63,984 nt of DNA, filler included, from Deltaproteobacteria bacterium (GCA_030698575.1; 10 parts of 10 records of this genome joined end to end with filler, not necessarily neighbours in it); one strand, 5' to 3'; shown: positions 21,074 to 31,453, numbered from the whole stretch's first letter. Made by a program: numbers and translations. Notes: generated from the sequence alone by a model not told the origin.

Positions 21074-21457
21074 CTAGTCTCCCTCCACTATCAGCATGTC
21101 GACTTCCCGGAGGAATTCGTCAATCTTGCCGTTGACGCGCTCGGCGTCGGTTTCCGGGCCGATGAGTGTTTCGATGGAGGAAACCCGTTCGAGCAACGGC
21201 ACGAGCGGCCCCGAATCGAAGGGTAAGAGATCGACGTTTCCGAGGAGATCGACGGCGAACGCATCCACGCGTGCCACTCTCTCACTGCTGAACTCGGCCT
21301 CCAGAAGCCGGAGCACATCACGGAGACCCTCGAGAAAACCATCTCGATCGAGGCTCTCGGTCGCAACCTCCTCCGCCAACGCCCACATCGCAAGGCTCAG
21401 ATCATCGCTCTGAGACGACCAGATCTGCTCCTGCTCGAGATTCAGCCGGCCTGCCAT
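21074..21457 (-). CDS. Hypothetical acidic protein
   Basis: Strong RBS (GAGGGAGG) before ATG; candidate sigma28 promoter upstream. Confidence 0.65.
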   Translation of the reverse strand: MAGRLNLEQEQIWSSQSDDLSLAMWALAEEVATESLDRDGFLEGLRDVLRLLEAEFSSERVARVDAFAVDLLGNVDLLPFDSGPLVPLLERVSSIETLIGPETDAERVNGKIDEFLREVDMLIVEGD

Positions 21458-21552
21458 ACCCTCCCTCTTCGGGTTCCGCGCCCTGGCGAATAGTGCCCTG
21501 CTAAAGAATTCTCGAACCCGCGTTCCACGTCAAGCGTAAAGCGCATACAGTC

Positions 21553-21580
21553 TTATCGGCTGCCCGGGGGGCCTGTTTGA
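21553..21580 (-). promoter_or_regulatory. Candidate sigma28 (FliA)-type promoter
   Basis: Minus strand TCAAA-N15-GCCGATAA about 95 nt upstream of ORF 21457. Confidence 0.5.
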
Positions 21581-21643
21581 GCGGATTGTGGGACGGGCCG
21601 CTCCACGCGCCCCTCGCCCGGCGGGCCAGGGGACCCCCGGGGC

Positions 21644-21684
21644 GCAAACAAGAGCGGCCGCCCCCTCGCCGGAGGCGGCCGCTC
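21644..21684 (-). terminator. Terminator downstream of HU gene
   Basis: GAGCGGCCGCC/GGCGGCCGCTC stem followed by TTGTTT on the minus strand. Confidence 0.65.
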
Positions 21685-21757
21685 CCGAACTATCGAGAAC
21701 GCCGGTGATGCCCCCGCAGGTTCACGCACACGGGGCGGTGGCTGCTCGACGAGTTGG

Positions 21758-22036
21758 TCACCTCTTTTTGACCAGATCCTTCAGGTTCTTCGCGACGGAG
21801 AACTTCACGACCGTCTTGGCGGGAATCTTGATAGGCTCACCGGTCGCCGGATTGCGTCCCATCCGGGCCTTGCGCTTGGCAACCCTGAACTTCCCGAGAC
21901 CGGTCAGGGGAACGTCTCCCCCCTTCTTGATGGTCGTCTCGATCACGGCGGTCAGACCTTCGAGCGCGGCCTTGCTGCTCTTCTTGTCCAGGCCGCTGGC
22001 CTTGGAAATCGCCTCGATCAACTGGGTTTTGGTCAT
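21758..22036 (-). CDS. hup: HU family DNA-binding protein
   Basis: MTKTQLIEAIS, GLGKF, RMGRNPATGEPIKIPAK; RBS AAGGAGG. Confidence 0.96.
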   Translation of the reverse strand: MTKTQLIEAISKASGLDKKSSKAALEGLTAVIETTIKKGGDVPLTGLGKFRVAKRKARMGRNPATGEPIKIPAKTVVKFSVAKNLKDLVKKR

Positions 22037-22239
22037 TACGAAACCTCCTTAGGGTGTATTCCATTCACGGTCGAGTTCGGGATCGCCGGCAGCCCCAAAA
22101 ACCGGATTTGAAGAACCGACGATCATGACAACGAGCCAATCGAGCAACTCTGGATCGGATTACTTCTGGCGCCGCCCCCCCGCCCTGCGCCAATGGGTCA
22201 CTGTGTGAAGATCGTCGAGGCGGTGTGCGATAAACGATC

Positions 22240-23235
22240 TCAACTCGCGGCGTTCTCTCTTCCCACGTCCGGTGCGAAGTGGCAAGAGGCGAAATGACCC
22301 GGAAGGATCTCCCTCAACCCCGGCGATTCCTCCCGGCAACGAGCCTCCGCATAAGCGCAGCGCGTGTGGAACGCGCAGCCTGGCGGAGGATTGATCGGGC
22401 TTGGCACGTCCCCCTGAAGGATGATCCGCCGCTTCTTCCGGCGGGGGTCCGGCAGGGGTATAGCCGACAGCAGCGCCTGAGTATAGGGATGCAGCGGCAC
22501 CTTGTATAGCGCGTCCCGCCCAGCCAATTCAACTATCTTCCCCAAATACATTACCGCCACCCGATCGCTCACGTTCTTGACCACGCGAAGGTCGTGGGAG
22601 ATGAAGAGGTAGGTCAGCTCGAACCGTTCCTGAAGGTCGAGCAGGAGGTTCAGGATCTGGGCCTGGATGGAGACGTCCAGGGCGCTGACGGGCTCGTCCG
22701 CAATGATGAGCTTGGGGATGACGGCCAGGGCCCGGGCGATGCCTATCCGCTGCCGCTGCCCCCCGCTGAATTCGTGGGCATACCGGCCATAGGCCTCGGG
22801 CGCGAGGCCGACGATGCGAAGGAGCTCCACGATGCGCTCCCTCCGCTCGCTCCCCGAGGCGATGCCATGGATGGTCAGGGCCTCCCCCACGATATCTCCC
22901 ACCTGCATCCGGGGGTTCAGGCTGGCGTAAGGATCCTGAAAGATTATCTGCATTTGCCTGCGTTTGGCCCGCAGCGCACGGCGGTCGAGGGAAAGCACGT
23001 CCTCGCCCTGGAACGTCACCTTCCCGGCGGTGGGCTCGATGAGCCGGAGGATGGCCCTGCCGAGGGTGCTCTTCCCGCAACCGGACTCCCCCACCAGGCC
23101 CAGGGTCTCGCCCTCCGCCAGGTCGAAGCTCACGCCGTCGACCGCGCGCACCTCCCCCCGCCGCCGGCTGAACAGCCCGGCGCTGAGCGGGAAGTACTTC
23201 CGCAGATCCCGCACCTCCAGGAGGTTCTCGCTCAT
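22240..23235 (-). CDS. oppF: Oligo/dipeptide ABC transporter ATPase
   Basis: [26 protein letters not shown]-terminal oligo-HPY domain. Confidence 0.93.
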   Translation of the reverse strand: MSENLLEVRDLRKYFPLSAGLFSRRRGEVRAVDGVSFDLAEGETLGLVGESGCGKSTLGRAILRLIEPTAGKVTFQGEDVLSLDRRALRAKRRQMQIIFQDPYASLNPRMQVGDIVGEALTIHGIASGSERRERIVELLRIVGLAPEAYGRYAHEFSGGQRQRIGIARALAVIPKLIIADEPVSALDVSIQAQILNLLLDLQERFELTYLFISHDLRVVKNVSDRVAVMYLGKIVELAGRDALYKVPLHPYTQALLSAIPLPDPRRKKRRIILQGDVPSPINPPPGCAFHTRCAYAEARCREESPGLREILPGHFASCHFAPDVGRENAAS

Positions 23236-23296
23236 TCTCGGACTCCTCCCCGGCGCCAGAGCCAAAGGACCCCCTTCCGGGGGCTCCCGGCGGCGT

Positions 23297-24301
23297 TCAC
23301 CCGCTCCCGTTGCCGCCCACCGGCACCCGGTTGTGGCAGGCCACCCAGTGGCGGGGCTCCACCTCCTCGAGCGGGGGATCAGTCGTCGGACATGCCTCTA
23401 TGGCGCGGTCGCACCGGTCGCTGAAAGCGCACCCCGGGGTACGGTCAAGGAGCGTTGGCACGGTTCCCCGGATGGCGTTCAACCTCCCCTGCCGGGGCGC
23501 GTTCTCGCTTCCGAGCTTGGGGAGCGAGTTCAGGAGGCCCACCGTGTAGGGGTGGCGCGGCCTCTCGAAGAGCTCCTTCACGCCGCACATCTCCACTATC
23601 CGCCCGGCATACATGACCGCCACGCGCTGGGCGACCTCGGCCACTATTCCGAGATCGTGCGTGATGAGCAGCACGCTCATCCCCAGCTCGTTCTTGAGGC
23701 GTTCGATGAGATCGAGAATCTGGGCCTGGATCGTCACGTCGAGCGCTGTCGTGGGCTCATCGGCGATCAGCAGCTTCGGGTTGCAGGAGAGCGCCATGGC
23801 GATCATCACACGCTGGCGCATTCCGCCCGAAAGCTGATGCGGGTAGTCCTTCATCCGCTCTTCGGGGTTGGGAATGCCGACGAGGTGGAGCGATTCGATC
23901 ACCTTGTCCTTCACCTCGCCCTTCGAAAGCTTCTGGTGGAGCTCGATGGCCTCGGAGATCTGGCTGGCGATGGTGAAGACGGGATTCAGGCTGGTCATCG
24001 GCTCCTGGAAGATCATCGAGATCTGATTGCCGCGGATGTCTCTGAGCGCGCCCGCAGGGAGCTTCAGAAGATCCTCTCCTTCGAAAAAAATCTCGCCACC
24101 CTCGATCCGGCCCGGCGGCGAGGGGATCAGGCGCAGGATCGACAGAGCGGTGACAGACTTGCCGCAGCCGGACTCGCCCACGATGCCCAGGGTCTCTCCG
24201 GGGTAAACCTCGAGGCTCACGCCGTCGACCGCATCGAGCCGCCCTTCGGGCGTACGGAATACGGTCCTCAGATTTCGGACGTCGAGGAGCGGCTGGGTCA
24301 T
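23297..24301 (-). CDS. oppD: Oligo/dipeptide ABC transporter ATPase
   Basis: [34 protein letters not shown]. Confidence 0.93.
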   Translation of the reverse strand: MTQPLLDVRNLRTVFRTPEGRLDAVDGVSLEVYPGETLGIVGESGCGKSVTALSILRLIPSPPGRIEGGEIFFEGEDLLKLPAGALRDIRGNQISMIFQEPMTSLNPVFTIASQISEAIELHQKLSKGEVKDKVIESLHLVGIPNPEERMKDYPHQLSGGMRQRVMIAMALSCNPKLLIADEPTTALDVTIQAQILDLIERLKNELGMSVLLITHDLGIVAEVAQRVAVMYAGRIVEMCGVKELFERPRHPYTVGLLNSLPKLGSENAPRQGRLNAIRGTVPTLLDRTPGCAFSDRCDRAIEACPTTDPPLEEVEPRHWVACHNRVPVGGNGSG

Positions 24302-24425
24302 TGCGTCGAGCGTTCCTGCGGCCCGCGCCCGGAATGCCCGGAGCGGAACCCGTCATCGGTTCGAGGGGAGTTCAAAGAGGGACCGGGAGTTTACCGCAGA
24401 GAGGCGATGAGTTCGAGGGGTCTTT

Positions 24426-25190
24426 TCAGCGACGCCGGAGCTCGGCCCTCAGTTCATCGAGCGAGATGATCCGCTTGTGCGCCAGGAGGCGCACGAGGGC
24501 CTTCAGATGCACCAGGGCCTCGGCGCCCGCAGCGGACGCTCTGGCCGGGCGAGGCGGCTCGGGCTCCTCCTGCGCCTCCGGGGCATCGACGATCTCCGCC
24601 GGAGCCGCGTGGCCTTCCCCGCGAACCCGCTCCGTCTCGGCCAGTTCCTCGAAGGCGCCCCTGACTATCTGCATCTCGCCCCCGGCATCCTCCCCATGAA
24701 TCGCCGGCGTGTCCGTGGGCCGAACGGACCGCACCGCCTGCTTGTTACCGAAATAGTGCTGGTCGATGGCCTTCAGGACCGCGTGGTCGCTGGCGATCAG
24801 CACCTGGAGCGGGTAGCTGGTTGCAAAGCGGATCTCGTCGAGGCACTCGAGGTTCTGAGGATCACCGATCGCCACGCGGAGAATGGTCCTTCCATCAGGG
24901 GTCCGGGCAATGGCCAGCGGCAGCGCGAGGCGGCTCCTGGCGATCTCACGCGGCAGCGCCGCGAGAGCCTCCGGCTGGGGAACAACCTTGTCGAGGTTCA
25001 CCCCGGGCAGTCCGTACTGCCTGGCCAGGCAGCGTGTAAGCGTCGTCTCGTCGATGTAGCCCAGGCGGATGAGCGAAGTCCCGAGGCGGTTGCCCCAGCG
25101 CCGCTGGTCCGTGAGCGCCTTGGCGAGCTTTATCTCGTCGATGCTTCCCGATTCGAGGAGAATCTCGCCGAGCTGCTTCCTCTCCTTCAT
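24426..25190 (-). CDS. Stand-alone MshEN/GspE N-terminal domain protein (no ATPase)
   Basis: QLGEILLESGSI...L..Q...RLGTSLIRLGYI tandem motif; AIGDPQN; GGAGG RBS before ATG 25190. Confidence 0.85.
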   Translation of the reverse strand: MKERKQLGEILLESGSIDEIKLAKALTDQRRWGNRLGTSLIRLGYIDETTLTRCLARQYGLPGVNLDKVVPQPEALAALPREIARSRLALPLAIARTPDGRTILRVAIGDPQNLECLDEIRFATSYPLQVLIASDHAVLKAIDQHYFGNKQAVRSVRPTDTPAIHGEDAGGEMQIVRGAFEELAETERVRGEGHAAPAEIVDAPEAQEEPEPPRPARASAAGAEALVHLKALVRLLAHKRIISLDELRAELRRR

Positions 25191-25301
25191 GAGAACCTCC
25201 CCTGGGCCGCCCGTGGCCCCGGGACTCACAGGCCCGGATCGCGCGCCGTGCGGATCCTTCTCTATCGGCACCGGGGGCGCGGGAATGGAGTGGCGCGGTC
25301 A

Positions 25302-26150
25302 TCAGCTCTTCGCCCCCCGCCCTACGCGCAGACGGGGATCGAAGGCATCGCGGATCCCCTCGCCGAGCAGGTTGTAAGCCAGCACGGTCAGGAGGATGGC
25401 GAGGCCTGGAAAAACCGAGAGCCACCAGGCGATCTCGATGTTGTCCTTTCCCGCCGTCAGGATGTTGCCCCAGGAGGGGGTGGGCGGCTGGACTCCGAGG
25501 CCCAGAAAGGAGAGTCCCGATTCGAGCAGCACGGCCCCGGCAACCCCCAGGATGGCCGAGACATAGACCGGCGCCATGGCGTTCGGGAGGATGTGGCGCA
25601 AGATAATGCGGCCGTCCCCGATCCCCTGCGAGCGGGCCGCAAGGACGAACTCGCGCTCCTTCAGGCTGAGAAACTCGGCCCGCACCAGCCGCGCCACCCC
25701 CATCCAGGAGGTCACGCCGATGACAATCATGATGTTCCAGATCGACGGCTGCAGGAACGCGATCACGGCCAGGATGAGGAAGAAGGTGGGAAAGCAGAGC
25801 ATGATGTCGGTGAACCGCATCGCCAGCGCGTCCACCCAACCGCCGTAGTAGCCCGCCAGCGCCCCCACGATGCACCCGATGATCACCGAGATGCCGACGG
25901 CCACGAAACCGACAGAGAGAGAGATCCGCGCGCCGTAGATCATGCGGGACGCCACATCGCGCCCCAGCTCGTCGGTGCCGAAGACATGCTCCTCGCTAGG
26001 CGCAGTCAGGATGAGCGAAGCGTCGATCGCGGAGGGATCGTAGGGGGCGAGCAGCGGCGCCAGGACCGCCACCAGAACGAGCAGCCCCACCGTGACCGAT
26101 CCGGCAAGTGCCAGGGGGTTGCGCGCCACGTCCCTGAAGGCGGTCATCAT
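25302..26150 (-). CDS. oppC: Peptide ABC transporter permease
   Basis: [19 protein letters not shown] (EAA loop), QPPTPSWG. Confidence 0.93.
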   Translation of the reverse strand: MMTAFRDVARNPLALAGSVTVGLLVLVAVLAPLLAPYDPSAIDASLILTAPSEEHVFGTDELGRDVASRMIYGARISLSVGFVAVGISVIIGCIVGALAGYYGGWVDALAMRFTDIMLCFPTFFLILAVIAFLQPSIWNIMIVIGVTSWMGVARLVRAEFLSLKEREFVLAARSQGIGDGRIILRHILPNAMAPVYVSAILGVAGAVLLESGLSFLGLGVQPPTPSWGNILTAGKDNIEIAWWLSVFPGLAILLTVLAYNLLGEGIRDAFDPRLRVGRGAKS

Positions 26151-27124
26151 CGGCCCGTCCTTATTCGGGGATCAACCAGCCCGTAGCAAAGATCGGCGAC
26201 AAGATTTCCAATCAATGTCAGAACAGCGCCGATCACCAGCACGCCCATCACAAGCGGGTAGTCCCGGCTGAGCACGCTCTGGTAGAAGAGCTGGCCCATC
26301 CCGGGGATCGCGTAGATCGTCTCGAAGATCACCGAACCGCCGATGAGCGCCGGAATCGAAAGCCCGAGGATGGTCACTACCGGGAGCAGCGCGTTGCGCA
26401 GGGCGTGGCGGTAGATTACGGCCTCCTCGGTCAGACCCTTGGCCCTGGCGGTGGTGATGTAGTCCTGCCGGACGACCTCGAGCATGTTCGACCGCATGTA
26501 GCGCGAGAGGCCTGCCAGTCCTCCGAAGGCCGACACGAACACGGGCATGGCCAGGTGTCGCGAGTAGTCCCAGATCTTCGCCGGCGCGGAAAGGGAGTTG
26601 TGGTCGAGCGACCGGATTCCCGATATGGGAAGCCAGCCCAGTTCGACGCCGAACAGGATCATGAGAAGGAGCGCCAGCCAGAACGTGGGGATCGCGAATC
26701 CGATGAAAACGAACACCGTGGAAACGCGGTCGAAGAGCGTGTGCTGGCGCACGGCCGAGTAGACCCCGAGGGGTGTCGCCACTGCGAGTATGAGGATGAG
26801 GGAAAGCACGTTCAGGGCGAGCGTTATGGGGATTCGCTCGAGGATCTTGTCCAGCACCGGGCGCCTGTCGGCCGAGAAGGACTCACCGAAATCGAGCACG
26901 GCCAGGCGTTTCAACCAGCGCCAGTACTGCACCGGCACAGGCTCGTCGAGGTGGTAAATCTGCCGGATTCTCTCGCGCGCCTCGGCGCTCACCTTCGGGT
27001 TGAGCGAGGTGTCCAGTCCGACGGGCTCGCCGGGCGCGAGGTGGATGACGGCAAAGCTGATGAGCGTAATCCCGAACAGGAGCGGGATCATGAACACGAG
27101 GCGCCTGGCGAGGTGAGTGAGCAT
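26147..27124 (-). CDS. oppB: Peptide ABC transporter permease
   Basis: [29 protein letters not shown]. Confidence 0.93.
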   Translation of the reverse strand: MLTHLARRLVFMIPLLFGITLISFAVIHLAPGEPVGLDTSLNPKVSAEARERIRQIYHLDEPVPVQYWRWLKRLAVLDFGESFSADRRPVLDKILERIPITLALNVLSLILILAVATPLGVYSAVRQHTLFDRVSTVFVFIGFAIPTFWLALLLMILFGVELGWLPISGIRSLDHNSLSAPAKIWDYSRHLAMPVFVSAFGGLAGLSRYMRSNMLEVVRQDYITTARAKGLTEEAVIYRHALRNALLPVVTILGLSIPALIGGSVIFETIYAIPGMGQLFYQSVLSRDYPLVMGVLVIGAVLTLIGNLVADLCYGLVDPRIRTGR

Positions 27125-27130
27125 CCGACC

Positions 27131-27855
27131 TCAGGGGGCCATCGCCTGGCGCTGCAGCGGCGCCGGCACGTACCACTGGTTCCACCAGCGGTCGCTGATC
27201 CCCAGGGGCTTCTCCACGATGCCATGAAACCGCTTGTGCACCGTGACGAGGGCGTAGGGAACGTAGAGGAAAAGGATCGGCTGATCCTCCGCCATGATCT
27301 CCTGGAGCTGATCGTAGATCCGTTTTCGTTCATCCGGATCGCAGCGACGCCTTCCCTGCTCCAGTAGTTCGTCGACTTCCGGGTTGCTGTAGGAGATGAA
27401 GTTGAACTCCTTGGGGCCGGTCTTGGAGCTGTGCCAGATGTCGTACTGATCAGGATCGAGGCCGATCCCCCAGCCGAGAACGATGGCCTCGAACTTCTTC
27501 TTGTCAATGAAGTCATTGATGAGCGCCGCCCACTCCAGTTCGCGGATGGACAGTTTGATCCCGACCTTATCGAGCCGCTGCTGGATGATCACCGCGGTGT
27601 TCCGGCGCTCCATGTTCCCGTTGTTGGTAAGAAGCTCGAAGGTGAAAGGCTTCCCCCCCTTGTCCAGCACCCCGTCCCCGTCGCTGTCCCGCCAGCCCGC
27701 CTCGGCCAGAAGCGCCCTGGCCTTCTCCGGATCGTAGGGGTAGGCCTCGAGCCCCTCTTTGAACCACCGGGTCGAGGGGACGTAGGGGCTCACCCCGGGA
27801 ACCCCGAGCCCCATCAGCACCCCGTCGACAATCTCCTTCCGGTTGATAGCGTAGG
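27131..27855 (-). CDS. oppA: Peptide ABC transporter substrate-binding protein (C-terminal part)
   Basis: YDPEKARALLAEAGW.DSDGDG, YSNPEVDELL; family 5 SBP. Confidence 0.9.
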
Positions 27856-27955
27856 NNNNNNNNNNNNNNNNNNNNNNNNNNNNNNNNNNNNNNNNNNNNT
27901 TAATTAATTAANNNNNNNNNNNNNNNNNNNNNNNNNNNNNNNNNNNNNNNNNNNN

Positions 27956-28411
27956 TTCCAGGCGGTGAAGCCGCACCTCGCTCTTTTCGGCGAGAAGGAT
28001 TTCCAGCAGCTCCAGGTCGTCCGCCGAATGACGGTCGACCTGAACCTCGACGTGGAGATCGTCGGGGTCGAGACGGTGCGCGAGGCCGATGGCCTCGCGA
28101 TGAGCTCACGCAACGTCTATCTCGCGCCGGACGATCGCGATGCGGCGCTCTCGCTCTCGCGGGCGCTGGGCCGGGCCTGTCAGATGACGGCGGCCGGCGA
28201 GCGATCGGCGGCGGCGATCGTGAAGGCGGCGCGGGAGATAATCGAGGCGTACCCGCAAAACGAGATCGAGTACGTCGCCTTGGCGGATCCGGAAACGCTG
28301 GAAGAGGTGGAAGACATTCGCCGGGAGGCCCGGTTGCTGCTCGCCGTCTGCGTGCGCGGCACCCGTCTCATCGACAACGCTAAAATAATGGGGTCAGACC
28401 CCTTTAATTAA
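27956..28411 (+). CDS. panC: Pantoate--beta-alanine ligase (C-terminal part)
   Basis: FGEKDFQQ, READGLAMSSRN, TRLIDN. Confidence 0.96.
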   Translation, partial: FQAVKPHLALFGEKDFQQLQVVRRMTVDLNLDVEIVGVETVREADGLAMSSRNVYLAPDDRDAALSLSRALGRACQMTAAGERSAAAIVKAAREIIEAYPQNEIEYVALADPETLEEVEDIRREARLLLAVCVRGTRLIDNAKIMGSDPFN

Positions 28412-28481
28412 GGGGTCGGACTGGGGTCTGACCCCAGGGTCGAGCTGACTGATCAAGTAAGCAACGTCGGGGTCTGACCCC
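28390..28481. repeat. Cluster of three GGGGTC-W-GACCCC palindromes
   Basis: Copies at 28390-28402, 28423-28435 and 28469-28481, plus a degenerate GGGGTCGGAC at 28412. Confidence 0.9.
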
Positions 28482-28534
28482 AAATCGCGCGCGGACTCCC
28501 CGTGAGCCGCGACGCCTGAACAGGAGGCGCAGCC

Positions 28535-28909
28535 GTGAACCGCTTCATGCTGAAGTCGAAGATTCATCGCGCGACCGTAACCGAGGCGGATTTGCACTAT
28601 GAAGGGTCGATCACCATCGACCGCGATCTGATGGACGCGGCCGATTTCGTCGAGTACGAGAAGGTGGCGATCTTCGACGTGACCAATGGCAACCGCCTCG
28701 AGACCTACGTGATCGAGGGCGATCGCGGGTCAAGTGTGATCGGCATCAACGGCGCCGCGGCGCATCTCGTCCAGGAGGGCGATCTCATTATCATCGCCAG
28801 CTACACCGAGATGGACGACGCCCAGGCTCGCGTGCACGAGCCGCGCCTGGTCTACGTGGACGCGCAGAACCGCATCCGCAAGGACATCCGCCTCCTCGCC
28901 ATCAACTAA
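28535..28909 (+). CDS. panD: Aspartate 1-decarboxylase
   Basis: [18 protein letters not shown] autocleavage site, NGAAA. Confidence 0.97.
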   Translation: MNRFMLKSKIHRATVTEADLHYEGSITIDRDLMDAADFVEYEKVAIFDVTNGNRLETYVIEGDRGSSVIGINGAAAHLVQEGDLIIIASYTEMDDAQARVHEPRLVYVDAQNRIRKDIRLLAIN

Positions 28910-28916
28910 AATTCAC

Positions 28917-29051
28917 GGGGTCAGGTCTAAAATTTGACCTCCATGGCGCGCGGCGCACGCTAATTTCGCCCTCCCGCTTCCCTCCCGAGCCTCGCGGCGC
29001 CGCCGCGGGGCTCTCTTTTCCGGTTTCCGGTCAAATTCAAGACCTGACCCC
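28917..29051. mobile_element. 135-bp non-coding element with 23-bp terminal inverted repeats (MITE/REPIN-like)
   Basis: GGGGTCAGGTCTAAAATTTGACC ... GGTCAAATTCAAGACCTGACCCC (21/23 complementary); no obvious target-site duplication. Confidence 0.6.
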
Positions 29052-29101
29052 AGGATTTGATTATCCTATATAGTAGCGATTAGCCCACTGGAGAGACGAA
29101 G

Positions 29102-29878
29102 ATGGCCCCACCCAGCGACACGAAGCCCGGCCGCACCCGGGCGTTTCTGCATCAGATGCGCGAGGTCTTCCGCAACTATTTCATGGCGGGGCTGCTCACG
29201 CTCGTGCCGCTCCTCGTCACAATCTGGGTGCTGCTGTTCATCATCCGGGCGATGGACAACATCTTCCTCCCGGCGGTGCTCAAGGCCGTCGTCCCCGACG
29301 CCGTTCTCCCGAGCCACTACTACGGCCTGGGGGCCATCTTCACCGTCGCCATCGTGTTACTCGTGGGCGCGTTCGCCCGGAGCTTCATCGCCGGCAGGGT
29401 GATGGCGCTGGGCGAGTCGGTCATTGCGCGCATCCCCTTCGTCCGGAACGTCTACGGCGCTGTGAAGCAGCTCATGGAGACGGTGGTGCGGAAGGAGCAC
29501 AAGGATTTCCGAGGCGTCGCGCTGGTTCCGTTCCCGCACCCTGGCGTCTACTCGATCGGCTTCGTGACGGGCCGGGCCGCAGGCGAAGTGCAGACCAAGA
29601 CGAAGGAGAACGTGATCAACGTCTTCATTCCCACTACACCCAACCCCACGACCGGCTTCTACATCATGGTGCCCGTAGAGAAGACCATTCCGCTGGACAT
29701 GACGGTCGAGGAAGCTTTCAAGCTCGTCATGAGCGGCGGCATCGTGGTTCCGCCCGAGCGCGCCGCCGGCGCGGCGGCCGCGCAGCCTGAATCGCTTGCG
29801 GCGCCGGCCGGAACCGCAGCATCCACGCCCGCCCCCGCCCAGCCCGACCCCAGCGAACCCTCGCGCGCGCAGGGCTGA
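29102..29878 (+). CDS. DUF502 family membrane protein
   Basis: AGLLTLVP, RIPFVRNVYGAVKQ, VFIPTTPNPTTGF, MTVEEAFKLVMSGG. Confidence 0.92.
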   Translation: MAPPSDTKPGRTRAFLHQMREVFRNYFMAGLLTLVPLLVTIWVLLFIIRAMDNIFLPAVLKAVVPDAVLPSHYYGLGAIFTVAIVLLVGAFARSFIAGRVMALGESVIARIPFVRNVYGAVKQLMETVVRKEHKDFRGVALVPFPHPGVYSIGFVTGRAAGEVQTKTKENVINVFIPTTPNPTTGFYIMVPVEKTIPLDMTVEEAFKLVMSGGIVVPPERAAGAAAAQPESLAAPAGTAASTPAPAQPDPSEPSRAQG

Positions 29879-29890
29879 GGCGCCAGCCGC

Positions 29891-30346
29891 ATGGCTATCA
29901 AGGTCATCTGCCAGAACAAGAAAGCGCGCCACCTCTACCACATCGAGGACACCTACGAGGCGGGGATGGTGCTGACCGGCCCCGAGGTGAAATCGCTCCG
30001 GGCCGGGCGCGCCAACCTGGGCGACGCCTACGCCGCCGTGAAGGACGGCGAGGCCTTCCTGATGAAAGCCCACATCAGCCCTTACAGCCACTCCGACACA
30101 TCGACTTACGATCCGACCCAGCCGCGAAAGCTCCTGCTGCACAAGGCCGAGATACGGCGGTTGCTCGGCAAGACGCGCGAGAAGGGGCTCACGCTCGTCG
30201 CGCTGCGCATGTATTTCAAGGACGGGAAGGCGAAGATCGAGCTGGGGCTCGGCCGCGGCAAGAAACTCTACGACAAACGCGCCGACCAGAAGAGCCGCGA
30301 AGCAAGCCGCGAGATCGCCCGCGCGGTGAAGCGCTCCCGCCAGTAA
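29891..30346 (+). CDS. smpB: SsrA-binding protein
   Basis: [36 protein letters not shown]. Confidence 0.98.
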   Translation: MAIKVICQNKKARHLYHIEDTYEAGMVLTGPEVKSLRAGRANLGDAYAAVKDGEAFLMKAHISPYSHSDTSTYDPTQPRKLLLHKAEIRRLLGKTREKGLTLVALRMYFKDGKAKIELGLGRGKKLYDKRADQKSREASREIARAVKRSRQ

Positions 30347-30436
30347 GGGGGACTGTCCCCGCTGCAGCGCGAGCGAACCCGCCTGTTCGCGGGAGGGACT
30401 GTCCCCCTTACTGGCGCTGAAAGAGGGCCTGACCCC
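30338..30436. repeat. GGGGAC-T-GTCCCC palindrome pair inside a 16-bp inverted repeat, plus a degenerate third copy
   Basis: 13-mers at 30348-30360 and 30394-30406 (second has one mismatch); CGCCAGTAAGGGGGAC (30338-30353) pairs perfectly with 30401-30416; AGGGCCTGACCCC at 30424-30436. Confidence 0.85.
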
Positions 30437-30454
30437 CCTCGTGAAAGGAACCAA

Positions 30455-31321
30455 GTGGCCATCTCAGATTCAACGAAGGAGCGCGCCCGTTCGCTGGCGC
30501 AATGGTCGGCGGCCGCCGAAATGTGGACCGGCTTCGCCGACGAGCTGGAGAAGATCAACGGCGTCTTCACCGAGTTGCTCATCGCCGGGGCGAAGCTTGC
30601 GCCCGGCCAGACGGTGCTCGATCTCGCTTCGGGCCCCGGCGATCCCGCCCTTAGCATCGCGACCAAGGTAAGCCCCGGTGGGCGCGTGGTAGCCACGGAT
30701 CAGTCGCCCGAGATGGTCGCCGGTGCGAATGAGCGGGCCGCGCGCCGAGGGCTCGAAAATTTCGAGGCGCAGACGACCGATGCCGAGGAGCTGCCCTTTC
30801 CCGACGCGACCTTCGACCGCGTGACCTCGCGCTTCGGCGCCATGCTCTTCGTCGACCCGATCCAGGGCCTCTCGGAGGCCCTTCGCGTGCTCAAGCCCGG
30901 CGGCCGCGCGGCGATGCTGGTGTGGGGCCAGCCGGAGCGCAACGCGATGTTCGCCCTCATCCCGCGGGTGCTCGGGAAGATCATCGAACTGCCGCCGCCA
31001 GACCCCGACGCCCCGTCGGCTACCCGGCTCGGCGCGGAAGGCGCGCTGGCCGAAGTGTTTCGCGCGGCGGGCTTCGACGCGGTGGAAGAGACGCGCAAGG
31101 CCGTTACGATGGGCTGGGGCCGCGGGCCCGCCGAGACCTGGGGCGTGCTGAAGCGCCTCATGGCGTCGCTCCCGCCAGTGCTGGCGCGGTTGGAGGAGGC
31201 GCAGCGCCGGCGCCTCGATGAGGCGATGATCGAGGTGCTCGAGGGCGCCGTCGAGAACGGCCAGGTCGTGCTTCCGGCCGAGGTGGTGCTTGCTACGGGG
31301 GAGAAGGCTTCAGGCCGATAG
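30455..31321 (+). CDS. Class I SAM-dependent methyltransferase (UbiE-like)
   Basis: VLDLASGPG, DAEELPFPDATFD, RVLKPGG. Confidence 0.92.
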   Translation: MAISDSTKERARSLAQWSAAAEMWTGFADELEKINGVFTELLIAGAKLAPGQTVLDLASGPGDPALSIATKVSPGGRVVATDQSPEMVAGANERAARRGLENFEAQTTDAEELPFPDATFDRVTSRFGAMLFVDPIQGLSEALRVLKPGGRAAMLVWGQPERNAMFALIPRVLGKIIELPPPDPDAPSATRLGAEGALAEVFRAAGFDAVEETRKAVTMGWGRGPAETWGVLKRLMASLPPVLARLEEAQRRRLDEAMIEVLEGAVENGQVVLPAEVVLATGEKASGR

Positions 31322-31358
31322 GGAAGAAGAGGGGGGTTTCCCCGGCCGCAGATGTGCT

Positions 31359-31364
31359 TATAAT
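31359..31364 (+). promoter_or_regulatory. Candidate -10 box for ssrA
   Basis: Perfect TATAAT in GC-rich DNA about 90 nt upstream of the tmRNA 5' end; no clear -35. Confidence 0.45.
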
Positions 31365-31367
31365 GAA

Positions 31368-31436
31368 GGGGTCCTGAGGGGTCAGACCCCAGGGCCTCAA
31401 ACTGGCAGGTCAGATCTCAACTCGGGGTCTGACCCC
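31368..31436. repeat. GGGGTC-W-GACCCC palindrome pair
   Basis: Copies at 31378-31390 and 31424-31436, preceded by a partial GGGGTC at 31368. Confidence 0.9.
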
Positions 31437-31453
31437 ATGAACTTCGATTTTAA

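Noticed and set aside
28390-28481. CRISPR array
   Set aside because: Repeats are only 13 bp with 2-3 copies per locus and no cas genes; reported as a repeat family instead.
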